From Candidatus Merdivicinus faecavium (lineage in GTDB: Bacteria; Bacillota; Clostridia; Oscillospirales; Ruminococcaceae): a stretch of 64,000 nt of DNA. Positions 45,182 to 52,939 of the stretch are shown in pieces (position 1 is the stretch's first letter; every line of letters begins with the position of its first letter). The notes beneath the pieces are model-generated. The model ran no database searches. It saw nothing but the letters and a program-made list of their open reading frames with translations, and had not been told where the DNA came from. A program made the translations under genes and the position numbers. The stretch covers positions 42,000-105,999 of the forward strand of contig DVKD01000025.1 of the NCBI GenBank assembly GCA_018716285.1, written 5' to 3'.

Positions 45182-46690
45182 CTATTTCTTCCGGCCGCCC
45201 TTTGTCTGCCGCGCCCAGAACAGTCCGACGCCTGTGAGGGCCGCCAGGGCCGCTGCTGCGACCCCGATGGCCGGCAGGGGAGAGGGGGATGGTTCTTCCT
45301 GTCGGGAGATGCTGCTTTCGTCTGCTGCGGCCGGCTCTGTTTCGGAACCGCTTTCCTCCCTGCTTTCAGCGGGCTGCGCAGCGAGGGGAGAGCGCAGGAC
45401 GAAGATGTTGCGGTTGTTTTTGGCGGCGGTCAGCGCTAAGATTGCCGCGGCTGTCGCCTCCTCCTCGGCGGGCTCCCCGATCTCGGGGCAGAATCCGCCG
45501 CTCTGGGTCTGGTAGCGAAGCAGCGCTTCGAGGAGGTTTTCCTCCCGCACGAAATCCGGATTGTCGACCGGCACCCCCAGCGCGCAGAGAGCCGCGACGG
45601 CAAAGCTGGTGGCGAAGGCGGTGGAGGCGTCGTCCCCGCCCGGCATCGAGCCGTCCTCGTTCTGGGCGGCAGACAGGTAGGCCAGCCCATTTTCAAGGGC
45701 GGCTTCGACCCCGTCAGACTGGCGGTAGCAGGAGAGCGCGGTCAGCGCGGCTGCGGTCAGCAGGGCACTGCCCGCTTCGCCCTCTGCCGCGGAAAAGCTG
45801 CCGTCCTCGTTTTGTGCTTCCAGCAAAAGGCTGCGGAGAGAAGCGCGGGTGTTGAGGCCGTCGGGGAGGGGGTATTCATTGGAATCGACGGCAATCAGGG
45901 CCAGAGCCGCCGCCAGCGGCCCGTCGCCGGCAATGTCGGGATAGGCGGAGAGGTCGGAGAGAAGGTTTTTGCCCCGGATATTGGCGGCCGACATCCCGCA
46001 GAAAGTGGCCGAGAGAATGGCCTTCGCAAGGGCGGCAGAATCCGCGAAGGAGCCGGCCTCCACCATCTCAATCAGCCGCGAAATATTCTGGTAGTCGACC
46101 GATACGCCTGCCGCGCCCAGGCTGATCAGGGCGAAGTTTTCGTCGAAATTGTTTTTGAGCCAGGCAGTCGCCTGGGTGAGAGCTTCCGCATAGCGGTCGT
46201 TCCAAAGGGAAGCAACAGAAGCGGCAACCTCGCGGGCGGGCTCCTCGGCAGAGGAGTCGGCCGAGACAAAGCTCCAGCAGAGCTCGTCCCCGTCGCTCAG
46301 AATCGGCAGGCTCCCCCGGTCTACAGGCTGGCCGTTAATGGTCAGGTCCCAGCCGTCCGTGCCCGTGAGGGTGAGGGGCTCGCCGTCCACCTCCAGCTCA
46401 ACCGCAGCCAAAACGCCGTTCGTCAGGGTGTAGCTGTCCAGGTAGGCATAGTTTTGGAGGATTGCAAGCAGCCCTGCCGCAGTTGTGCCGGCAGGGCAGG
46501 ATAGATGAAGCGTCGGTATGACCGTGGAGCCGGAAGTCTCCTCCTCCATGCGGACTGAGACAAGGATCGCGGCCTCGGAGGATTCTCCGGAGGGATTCGA
46601 GAGATCCTCGGCACGGGCAGACTGAGCTCCGGACAGGGCAAAAACGGCGCAGGCCGCCAGCGCGGCGAGCCGCCGAAGCAAACGGTTCAC
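45182..46690 (-). CDS. Secreted, C-terminally anchored protein: DUF4430 (transcobalamin C-terminal-like) domain + prenyltransferase/terpene-cyclase-like alpha-alpha repeats
   Basis: Signal peptide MNRLLRRLAALAACAVFALSGAQSARA. DUF4430-like WDLTINGQPVDRGSLPILSDGDELCWSF. Repeated QNEDGSF / QNEDGSM / QTQSGGF motifs. Acidic linker, then LPAIG + TM + RQTKGGRKK tail. GTG start. Confidence 0.7.
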   Translation of the reverse strand: MNRLLRRLAALAACAVFALSGAQSARAEDLSNPSGESSEAAILVSVRMEEETSGSTVIPTLHLSCPAGTTAAGLLAILQNYAYLDSYTLTNGVLAAVELEVDGEPLTLTGTDGWDLTINGQPVDRGSLPILSDGDELCWSFVSADSSAEEPAREVAASVASLWNDRYAEALTQATAWLKNNFDENFALISLGAAGVSVDYQNISRLIEMVEAGSFADSAALAKAILSATFCGMSAANIRGKNLLSDLSAYPDIAGDGPLAAALALIAVDSNEYPLPDGLNTRASLRSLLLEAQNEDGSFSAAEGEAGSALLTAAALTALSCYRQSDGVEAALENGLAYLSAAQNEDGSMPGGDDASTAFATSFAVAALCALGVPVDNPDFVREENLLEALLRYQTQSGGFCPEIGEPAEEEATAAAILALTAAKNNRNIFVLRSPLAAQPAESREESGSETEPAAADESSISRQEEPSPSPLPAIGVAAAALAALTGVGLFWARQTKGGRKK

Positions 46691-46943
46691 GCAACCCCCT
46701 CTTTTCAGTCATTCGGGCGGGAAAATGGATGGCACTGTTTTGGTTTTGTACAGCGGGAACGCTGTGGAATTTCGGATGTTTTCTTCGATTTTCTTCCCTA
46801 TTTTCATTATATCGGATATTTTGCGTGATTTCCAGCCTGTCCGACAAATTTTGTCAATTCGCTGTATTTGACGGCGGGTTTTCCACATTTTTAGACAAGG
46901 AAAGAGGAAGAAGGTGGAAAATTTCCCGCGGGCGGGAATCTGC

Positions 46944-46984
46944 AAAACGAAAAACCCCCGCAAACACTGGGTTTGCGGGGGTTT
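46944..46984 (-). terminator. Intrinsic terminator after tRNA-Thr
   Basis: AAACCCCCGCAAAC / GTTTGCGGGGGTTT stem followed on the minus strand by TTTTTCGTTTT. Confidence 0.65.
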
Positions 46985-46988
46985 CCTA

Positions 46989-47064
46989 TGGAGCTGATAA
47001 CCAGATTCGAACTGGTGACCTCGTCCTTACCAAGGACGTGCTCTGCCTACTGAGCCATATCAGC
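46989..47064 (-). tRNA. tRNA-Thr (anticodon GGT), CCA encoded
   Basis: Reverse complement GCTGATATGGCTCAGTAGGCAGAGCACGTCCTTGGTAAGGACGAGGTCACCAGTTCGAATCTGGTTATCAGCTCCA. Anticodon loop TTGGTAA. Confidence 0.9.
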
Positions 47065-47092
47065 ATCTGCCGTCCATCGGGACAGCTTCTAT

Positions 47093-47121
47093 ATTATATC
47101 AGACCTTATGCTGTTTGTCAA
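47093..47121 (-). promoter_or_regulatory. Sigma-A-type promoter for tRNA-Thr
   Basis: Minus strand: TTGACA, 17 nt spacer, TGaTATAAT. Confidence 0.6.
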
Positions 47122-47186
47122 TACTTATTTTCAAAAAAATTTTGGGACAAAATTCGGAGCTGTCCGGCCGTTTTGGCCGCAACTGG

Positions 47187-47215
47187 TTGAATTATGGCGA
47201 CAATTGTGGTACAAT
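47187..47215 (+). promoter_or_regulatory. Sigma-A-type promoter for the thyX-like operon
   Basis: TTGAAT, 17 nt spacer, TGgTACAAT. Confidence 0.6.
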
Positions 47216-47261
47216 ATAGATAATTATACGCTTTTCAATACAGAAAAGGAAAGGAACCGCT

Positions 47262-47888
47262 ATGCTCACAACCGCAAACACCCAGGTTATGAACCTCCTG
47301 TCCGCCATGCGCGGCGCCCGCAATCCCCTAAACAGCTGGGACCGGATGGACAGCTGCCTCGACGGGGAAGGCAACTGCGTGCTCGGCCCCAACGACCTCA
47401 GCCTTGCCGTGCGGCTGACCCGCGCGGGCAGCGACCACCGCAAATTCCTCCGTCAGGTCTTTGTCTCGGTGGATATCACCGCCCCCCTTTACTGGTGGAA
47501 GGAATTCGACACCTACAAGGTCGGCACCGTCGCAAATTCCACCAGCACCATGCACAAGCTCCACGCCAAACCCATCGAACGCGCCGATTTTTCGATCGAC
47601 CAGATGACCCCCGAGACCCTCGCGCGGATGGACACCCTCATCGGCTGGCTGGAGGAGCTGCGGCTCGCCTTTGTCGAGACCAGGGAAAAATCGCACTGGT
47701 ACGACCTCATCCAGCTTCTGCCCTCGAGCTACAACCAGATGCGCACCTGCACCTTAAATTACGAAAACCTCATCAACATCTACCATGCCCGCAAAAACCA
47801 CAAGCTGGAAGAATGGCACGTCCTTTGCAGCTGGATCGAATCTCTGCCCTATGCCGCTGAATTGATCGTGCAGAAAGGGGAATCCTAA
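47262..47888 (+). CDS. ThyX-fold protein with degenerate catalytic signature
   Basis: 208 aa. VDITAPLYWWKEFDTYKVGTVANSTSTMHKL aligns by eye with the T. maritima ThyX segment [31 protein letters not shown], and LPSSYNQMRTCTLNYENLINIYHAR with [25 protein letters not shown]. The RHR..S..S.R motif is replaced by TYK..T..T.T. Confidence 0.65.
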   Translation: MLTTANTQVMNLLSAMRGARNPLNSWDRMDSCLDGEGNCVLGPNDLSLAVRLTRAGSDHRKFLRQVFVSVDITAPLYWWKEFDTYKVGTVANSTSTMHKLHAKPIERADFSIDQMTPETLARMDTLIGWLEELRLAFVETREKSHWYDLIQLLPSSYNQMRTCTLNYENLINIYHARKNHKLEEWHVLCSWIESLPYAAELIVQKGES

Positions 47889-48643
47889 TGCAGCCGGAAG
47901 CGCGCGGCCGTCTTTTTGTCCTTGACGGCCTGGACGGAGCGGGGAAGACCACCCAGACCGAGCGGGTCGCCGCGGCGCTGCGGGCGCGCGGGGAGAGGGT
48001 GCGGGTCATCTCCTTCCCCGATTATAAGGAACCGTCCTCCGCCCTGGTGCGGATGTACCTGGCCGGGGAGTTTTCAAGTGACCCCGACGAGGTCAACGCC
48101 TACGCCGCCTCCAGCTTCTACGCGGTCGACCGCTACGCGAGCTACCATAAATTCTGGCGGGAGGACTACGAATCCGGGGGCATCGTCCTTGCCACCCGCT
48201 ATGTGAGCTCCAACGCCATCCACCAGATGGCCAAGCTCCCCGCGGGGGAGTGGGAGGGATACCTGCGCTGGCTCGAGGACTTCGAGTATGAAAAGCTCGG
48301 GCTGCCCCGCCCGGACGCCGTGATCTTCCTTCAGATGGACCGGGCCGTCGCCGACCGGCTCATCCTCGCCCGCTATGAGGGGGACGCGGAGCGCAAGGAC
48401 ATCCACGAAAAGGACCGCGCCTACCTTGACCGCTGCCAGCAGACCGCCGCCTTTGCGGCAAATGCCTGCGGCTGGAAGGTCGTCCGCTGCGACGACGGGG
48501 ATGCGCCGCTCCCCTTAGAGGACATCACGGCGCAGATTCTGGCCGCCATTGACGGCGCTGCGGCCGCAACATCGTTTCCAGGAAAGGAACATCCGCGAAT
48601 ATGCAATTCCGACCCATTGAAATCGCCGACCGGGCGCTCGTGA
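47888..48643 (+). CDS. Thymidylate-kinase-like dNMP kinase
   Basis: LFVLDGLDGAGKTTQ P-loop, ISFPDY, DRYAS. 251 aa. Its ATG shares one base with the TAA of the ThyX-like gene. Confidence 0.75.
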   Translation: MQPEARGRLFVLDGLDGAGKTTQTERVAAALRARGERVRVISFPDYKEPSSALVRMYLAGEFSSDPDEVNAYAASSFYAVDRYASYHKFWREDYESGGIVLATRYVSSNAIHQMAKLPAGEWEGYLRWLEDFEYEKLGLPRPDAVIFLQMDRAVADRLILARYEGDAERKDIHEKDRAYLDRCQQTAAFAANACGWKVVRCDDGDAPLPLEDITAQILAAIDGAAAATSFPGKEHPRICNSDPLKSPTGRS

Positions 48644-49485
48644 GCCGCTATCAGAAGGAGCGGGACTACCCCGGCAACCAGTTTTCCTTCGGGACCCTCT
48701 TCATCTGGCGGAAGATCTATTCCACCGCCATCTGCGAGGAGGACGGCTTCCTCTTTGTGCGCCAGGGGCAGCCGGGGGCGTACAGCTACCTCTGCCCGCT
48801 GGGCGGGGATTTCCGGGAGGCGGTGGACAGGCTGCGGGCGCAGGCCGCCCGGGACGGGCAGCCGCTCCGGATTCTCTCCCTGCCGCCCGAGGAGAAAGAA
48901 AAGATCCTCGCCCTCTATCCGGAGGAGGAGGTCTCCGTTTCGGCCAACCGCGACCTTTTCGACTACCTCTATGAGCGGGAGCGGCTGCGCACCCTCGCCG
49001 GGCGCAGGCTCCAGCCCAAACGCAACTACCTCAACCGCATCCGCAAGAAAAACTGGTCCTACGAGCCGATTACGGCGGACAACCTCGACGAATGCTTCGC
49101 CATGCAGAAGCTCTGGTGCGCCGAGCACAACCGCTGCGCGGAGGAAAGCGTCCGCGCCGAGAGCTGCGCCGTGCGGCAGGCCTTCTCCCACTTTCAGGAG
49201 CTGGGCTTCGCGGGCGGCTGCATCCGCCTCGACGGGAAGATCATCGGCTACACGATGGGCGAGCCGCTCAATTCCGACACCTTCGTCGTCCACATCGAAA
49301 AGGCGTTCTCCGGTATCGAGGGTGCCTATCCCCTCATCAACCAGCAGTTCGTCGAACACGCGATGGAGGGGTTTGCTTACGTCAACCGGGAGGACGACGC
49401 CGGTTCGGAGGGGCTGCGCAAGGCAAAGCTCTCCTACGACCCCTGCCGGCTTCTCGAAAACTACCGGGCGCAGTTCCGGGCGTAG
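48601..49485 (+). CDS. DUF2156 protein (soluble homolog of the MprF/LysX C-terminal aminoacyl-transferase domain)
   Basis: MQFRPIEIADRALVSRYQ... N-terminus and LRTLAGRRLQPKRNYLNRIRK, YTMGEPLNSDTFVVHIEKA, GLRKAKLSYDP blocks typical of DUF2156. No TM segments. Overlaps the kinase gene by 43 nt. Confidence 0.7.
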   Translation: MQFRPIEIADRALVSRYQKERDYPGNQFSFGTLFIWRKIYSTAICEEDGFLFVRQGQPGAYSYLCPLGGDFREAVDRLRAQAARDGQPLRILSLPPEEKEKILALYPEEEVSVSANRDLFDYLYERERLRTLAGRRLQPKRNYLNRIRKKNWSYEPITADNLDECFAMQKLWCAEHNRCAEESVRAESCAVRQAFSHFQELGFAGGCIRLDGKIIGYTMGEPLNSDTFVVHIEKAFSGIEGAYPLINQQFVEHAMEGFAYVNREDDAGSEGLRKAKLSYDPCRLLENYRAQFRA

Positions 49486-49502
49486 CCCGAAGGAGGCGCG
49501 AG

Positions 49503-50345
49503 ATGCTGGATTTTGCCGCGCGGGAGGACCGGCGGGCGCTGGAAGAGCTCTGGCTCGCCTGCTTCGGCGGCCCGCAGGAGTATTTGGATTTTTATTTCGG
49601 CAGGCGCTTTGTCCCCGCAGACACCCTGGTCTGGCGGGAGGGCGGCCGGCCGGTCTCGATGATGACCTTAATGAATGTTTCCATCGCCGGGAGGGCCGGC
49701 GCCTACGTCTACGCGGTCGCCACCCTGCCAGCCTGCCGCGGCCGGGGGCTGATGCGGCGGCTGGACGGCTTTGCCAAGGAGGTCTGCCGCAGCCGCGGCC
49801 TCGCCTTCACGGCGCTGGTGCCCGCGAACCGGCCGCTTTTCGCCATGTATGAAAAGCTCGGCTACCACGCCGGCTTCTTCCTCTGGGAGGGGGAGGCGTC
49901 CATCGGACCGGCGTCTGCCGGACCGGCGGAAGGGGGCGTTTTCCCCTGCGGCTTCGCCGAATTTGCCCGGATGCGGGCCGGTTACCTTTCCCGCTTTCCC
50001 GGCGCGGTGATCCACCCGCAGCGGGAGCTGCGCTACATCTACGAGGAGCTGACAAACTTTTCCGGCAAGGTGTTCCGCCTCACCGGGCGGGAGGACTGCT
50101 ACGCCGCCTGCACCGTCCTCGAGGACCGCACCCTCTGGGTGCGGGAATGCAGCGCGGAAGATCCGTGCGCGGCCGCGCGGGCCATCCTCGCCGCACTGGG
50201 CCTCAAAAGGGCGAAGATCCACAGCCCGGACCCTTTCGCGGGGGCGCGGCGGATCCCTTACGGGATGGGGCGGCTGCTCGACGGGGACCGGCCGCTTTCC
50301 GCGGAATTTTCCGGCCCGTTTTACATGGCGCTCATGCTGGACTGA
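49503..50345 (+). CDS. GNAT family acyltransferase with C-terminal extension
   Basis: Start ATG after a GAAGGAGG RBS, in frame with track ORF 49092..50345. YVYAVATLPACRGRGLMRRL (acetyl-CoA binding Q/RxxGxG/A motif) and MYEKLGY. Confidence 0.65.
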   Translation: MLDFAAREDRRALEELWLACFGGPQEYLDFYFGRRFVPADTLVWREGGRPVSMMTLMNVSIAGRAGAYVYAVATLPACRGRGLMRRLDGFAKEVCRSRGLAFTALVPANRPLFAMYEKLGYHAGFFLWEGEASIGPASAGPAEGGVFPCGFAEFARMRAGYLSRFPGAVIHPQRELRYIYEELTNFSGKVFRLTGREDCYAACTVLEDRTLWVRECSAEDPCAAARAILAALGLKRAKIHSPDPFAGARRIPYGMGRLLDGDRPLSAEFSGPFYMALMLD

Positions 50346-50375
50346 CATTGACAATCTTAAGAGAGGTGCTTTTCC

Positions 50376-50918
50376 ATGATTTACGTATTTCTGGCAAATG
50401 GTTTTGAAGAAGTCGAGGCCCTGACCCCGGTCGATTTCCTGCGGCGCTGCGAGCTTGACGTCCGGACGGTGGGGGTAAACGGCTCGGTTGCGACCGGCTC
50501 CCACCGCATCGCGGTCGCCTGCGACATGACCGTCGAGGAGATGGATATTTCCGCCGCCGACGCGGTCATCCTCCCCGGCGGGATGCCGGGCACCCTGAAC
50601 CTCGAGGCCTGCCCTCAGGTACAGGAAGCCGTCCGCTGGTGCGCGGAGCACGATAAGTGGGTCGGCGCCATCTGCGCGGCGCCCTCGGTGCTGGGGCATA
50701 TGGGCCTGCTCGAAGGGAAGAAGGCGACCTGCTTCCCCGGTTTTGAGCAGGAGCTTACCGGGGCGGAATTTTTGGCCGAGCCGGTCGTCCGGGACGGGAA
50801 GATCATCACCTCCCGCGGCGCGGGCACCGCTTCCCAGTTCGCCTTCGCCCTGATCGAGGCCCTTTGTTCGCCGGAGCAGGCTGCCCGGCTGAAAGCGAGC
50901 GTGCAATGGCAGAGCTGA
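50376..50918 (+). CDS. DJ-1/PfpI (YajL/ThiJ-like) family protein
   Basis: MIYVFLANGFEEVEALTPVDFLRR...VILPGGMPG...GAICAAPSVLG (nucleophile elbow Cys). Confidence 0.85.
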   Translation: MIYVFLANGFEEVEALTPVDFLRRCELDVRTVGVNGSVATGSHRIAVACDMTVEEMDISAADAVILPGGMPGTLNLEACPQVQEAVRWCAEHDKWVGAICAAPSVLGHMGLLEGKKATCFPGFEQELTGAEFLAEPVVRDGKIITSRGAGTASQFAFALIEALCSPEQAARLKASVQWQS

Positions 50919-51568
50919 CCGCCCGCACCGATATCCGCATCGTCAAACGGGAGCTGCGGGCGCGGATGAAGGAGATCCGACGCTCCTTTGACCCCGCGCG
51001 CAAGGCGCAGAAGGACGCGGCCATCCTGAAGCGGCTGACCGCCCTCCCGGAATACCAGTCGGCAAAGCTGCTGCTCACCTATGTTTCGACTGCCATCGAA
51101 GTGGACACCCATGCCCTCATCCGCCGGGCCTTTGCCGACGGGAAGCGGGTGGCGGTGCCGTACTGCATCCCGGGGCGGGTGGATATGCTGTTCTGCGAGA
51201 TTTTTACGCTCGACGACCTTTCCCCCGGCAGTTTCGGGGTGCTCGAGCCGGACCCGGAGCGGCAGCCGGTCTTAACAAGCTTTCCCCGTGCGCTCTGCAT
51301 CCTGCCCGGGCTGGCTTTTGACCTGCACGGCTACCGGCTGGGCTACGGCAAGGGGTACTACGACCGGTTCCTCTCACGCTACCACGGGCCGGCCGTCGGG
51401 GTGTGCTACAACGCCTGCCTGCAAACCTCCCTGCCGCACGGCAGGTTCGACCGGATGGCCGCCGCGCTGGTGACCGAGAAATTTGTCAAGCGGTTCCCGC
51501 AGCCGGAGCGCCCGGCGCGGCCCCGCCGCATGTTCCGCAAGGAAGGAGAAGCCTATGGACGAAGATAA
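50906..51568 (+). CDS. 5-formyltetrahydrofolate cyclo-ligase
   Basis: Start trimmed to MAELTARTDIRIVKRELRARM. PGLAFDLHGYRLGYGKGYYDRFL signature. Confidence 0.85.
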   Translation: MAELTARTDIRIVKRELRARMKEIRRSFDPARKAQKDAAILKRLTALPEYQSAKLLLTYVSTAIEVDTHALIRRAFADGKRVAVPYCIPGRVDMLFCEIFTLDDLSPGSFGVLEPDPERQPVLTSFPRALCILPGLAFDLHGYRLGYGKGYYDRFLSRYHGPAVGVCYNACLQTSLPHGRFDRMAAALVTEKFVKRFPQPERPARPRRMFRKEGEAYGRR

Positions 51569-52904
51569 CAAGAGAGAAGAGGCTGGTCAGGAATGGGTCG
51601 ACCAGATCCTGCGGGATATCCGTGCGGAGGAGGCTGCGAAACAGGATCCGGCGGCAAATGATTCTGCCGGACCGCAGTCCGCAGCCCCTGACCAGCAGCC
51701 GCGCCGGCCTGTTTCGGACAATCCCCCCGCATCCTCCGGGACGACCGGCCGCTTCCGCAGCCAATCCTCCCGCACAAGCGCCGGCCGTCAGGCAGCGGCG
51801 AGATCCCCCCGCACCCCGGACAAACAGCCGCGCCGCTCCCGGCGCAAGCGCACCCGGGTCCGTCGGGTGGGGTATGTCAATACCATCGTTTATGTTGTAG
51901 CCACCCTCGCCATCTGTGTCGTTGCATCCATTTTCTGTCTGCGGGCAGCTGCCGACGTCCTGGCCGTTTCCCGCCCGGACAAGGCGGTCGAGGTCGAGAT
52001 CCCGGAAGGGACCGATACTGCCGCCCTTGCCCAGATCTACAAGGAGGCCGGGCTCATCGAATTTCCCTGGATGTTTGAGCTGGTCGCACAGTACGAGGGA
52101 ATGGGCACCATCGAACCGGGGTCCTACGTCCTCAACACCAACATGGGCTACACCTCGCTGATGAACGCAGTCGAAAAATCCTCCCAGCCGCGGGAGACGG
52201 TTAACGTCACCATCCCGGAGGGCTACACCCTGTCTGAGATCGCCGACCTGATGGAGGAAAACAACGTCTGTTCGGCCAGCGATTTCATGCATGCGGTGGA
52301 AAACACCGAGTTTGACTACGATTTTGTAGGCGAGATCCCCGACGACGACCTCATCTACCACCGTCTCGAGGGCTATCTCTTCCCCGATACCTACGAATTT
52401 TACACCAATGAGAATGCGCTGAATGTCGTCAACCGGCTGCTTTCCAACTTTGACCGCAGGATCACTGCCGAAATCCGCTCCATGATCGAGGCGCAGGGGA
52501 TGACCCTCCACGAGGTGCTCACCCTCGCTTCCATCATCCAGGCGGAGGCTCCGGATGAAGAGAACATGGCCCTTGTTTCCTCGGTCTATCACAATCGTCT
52601 GGACAATCCTTCGGAGTTCCCCCTCCTTCAGGCCGACCCGACCCGCAACTATGCCGATGAGGAGATCGCCGTCTCGGTCGGCATCGACGGGCAGCGGATC
52701 ATCAACGCCTACAACACCTACGAGGGGGAGGGCCTGCCCCCCGGGCCGATCAACAACCCCGGTATGGCGGCCATCCTGGCGGCAATTTCGCCGGCTGAGA
52801 CCAACTACTACTACTTCTGCAGCGACCTGCGGACACGGGAGTTCTTCTATGCCGAGACGCTGGAGGAGCATGAGCAGAACCTGGTTCGCGCCAACCTCCG
52901 ATAA
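51555..52904 (+). CDS. mltG: Endolytic murein transglycosylase MltG (YceG family) with long disordered N-terminus
   Basis: Start trimmed to MDEDNKREE after a GGAAGGAG RBS. TM segment VVATLAICVVASIF. YceG core (LASIIQAEA, SVYHNRL, YNTYEGEGLPPGPINNPG). Confidence 0.85.
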   Translation: MDEDNKREEAGQEWVDQILRDIRAEEAAKQDPAANDSAGPQSAAPDQQPRRPVSDNPPASSGTTGRFRSQSSRTSAGRQAAARSPRTPDKQPRRSRRKRTRVRRVGYVNTIVYVVATLAICVVASIFCLRAAADVLAVSRPDKAVEVEIPEGTDTAALAQIYKEAGLIEFPWMFELVAQYEGMGTIEPGSYVLNTNMGYTSLMNAVEKSSQPRETVNVTIPEGYTLSEIADLMEENNVCSASDFMHAVENTEFDYDFVGEIPDDDLIYHRLEGYLFPDTYEFYTNENALNVVNRLLSNFDRRITAEIRSMIEAQGMTLHEVLTLASIIQAEAPDEENMALVSSVYHNRLDNPSEFPLLQADPTRNYADEEIAVSVGIDGQRIINAYNTYEGEGLPPGPINNPGMAAILAAISPAETNYYYFCSDLRTREFFYAETLEEHEQNLVRANLR

Positions 52905-52939
52905 AATTTACAAAATCATCACAGAAAGGCACATATTTT

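Noticed and set aside
46691-46860. Cobalamin riboswitch upstream of the DUF4430 gene.
   Set aside because: Only fragmentary resemblance is present (AATAGGGAAG, TTCCCGCTGTA). The leader is short (~120 nt) and I cannot draw the conserved multi-helix junction. It is left as a check within the DUF4430 finding, not called as a feature.
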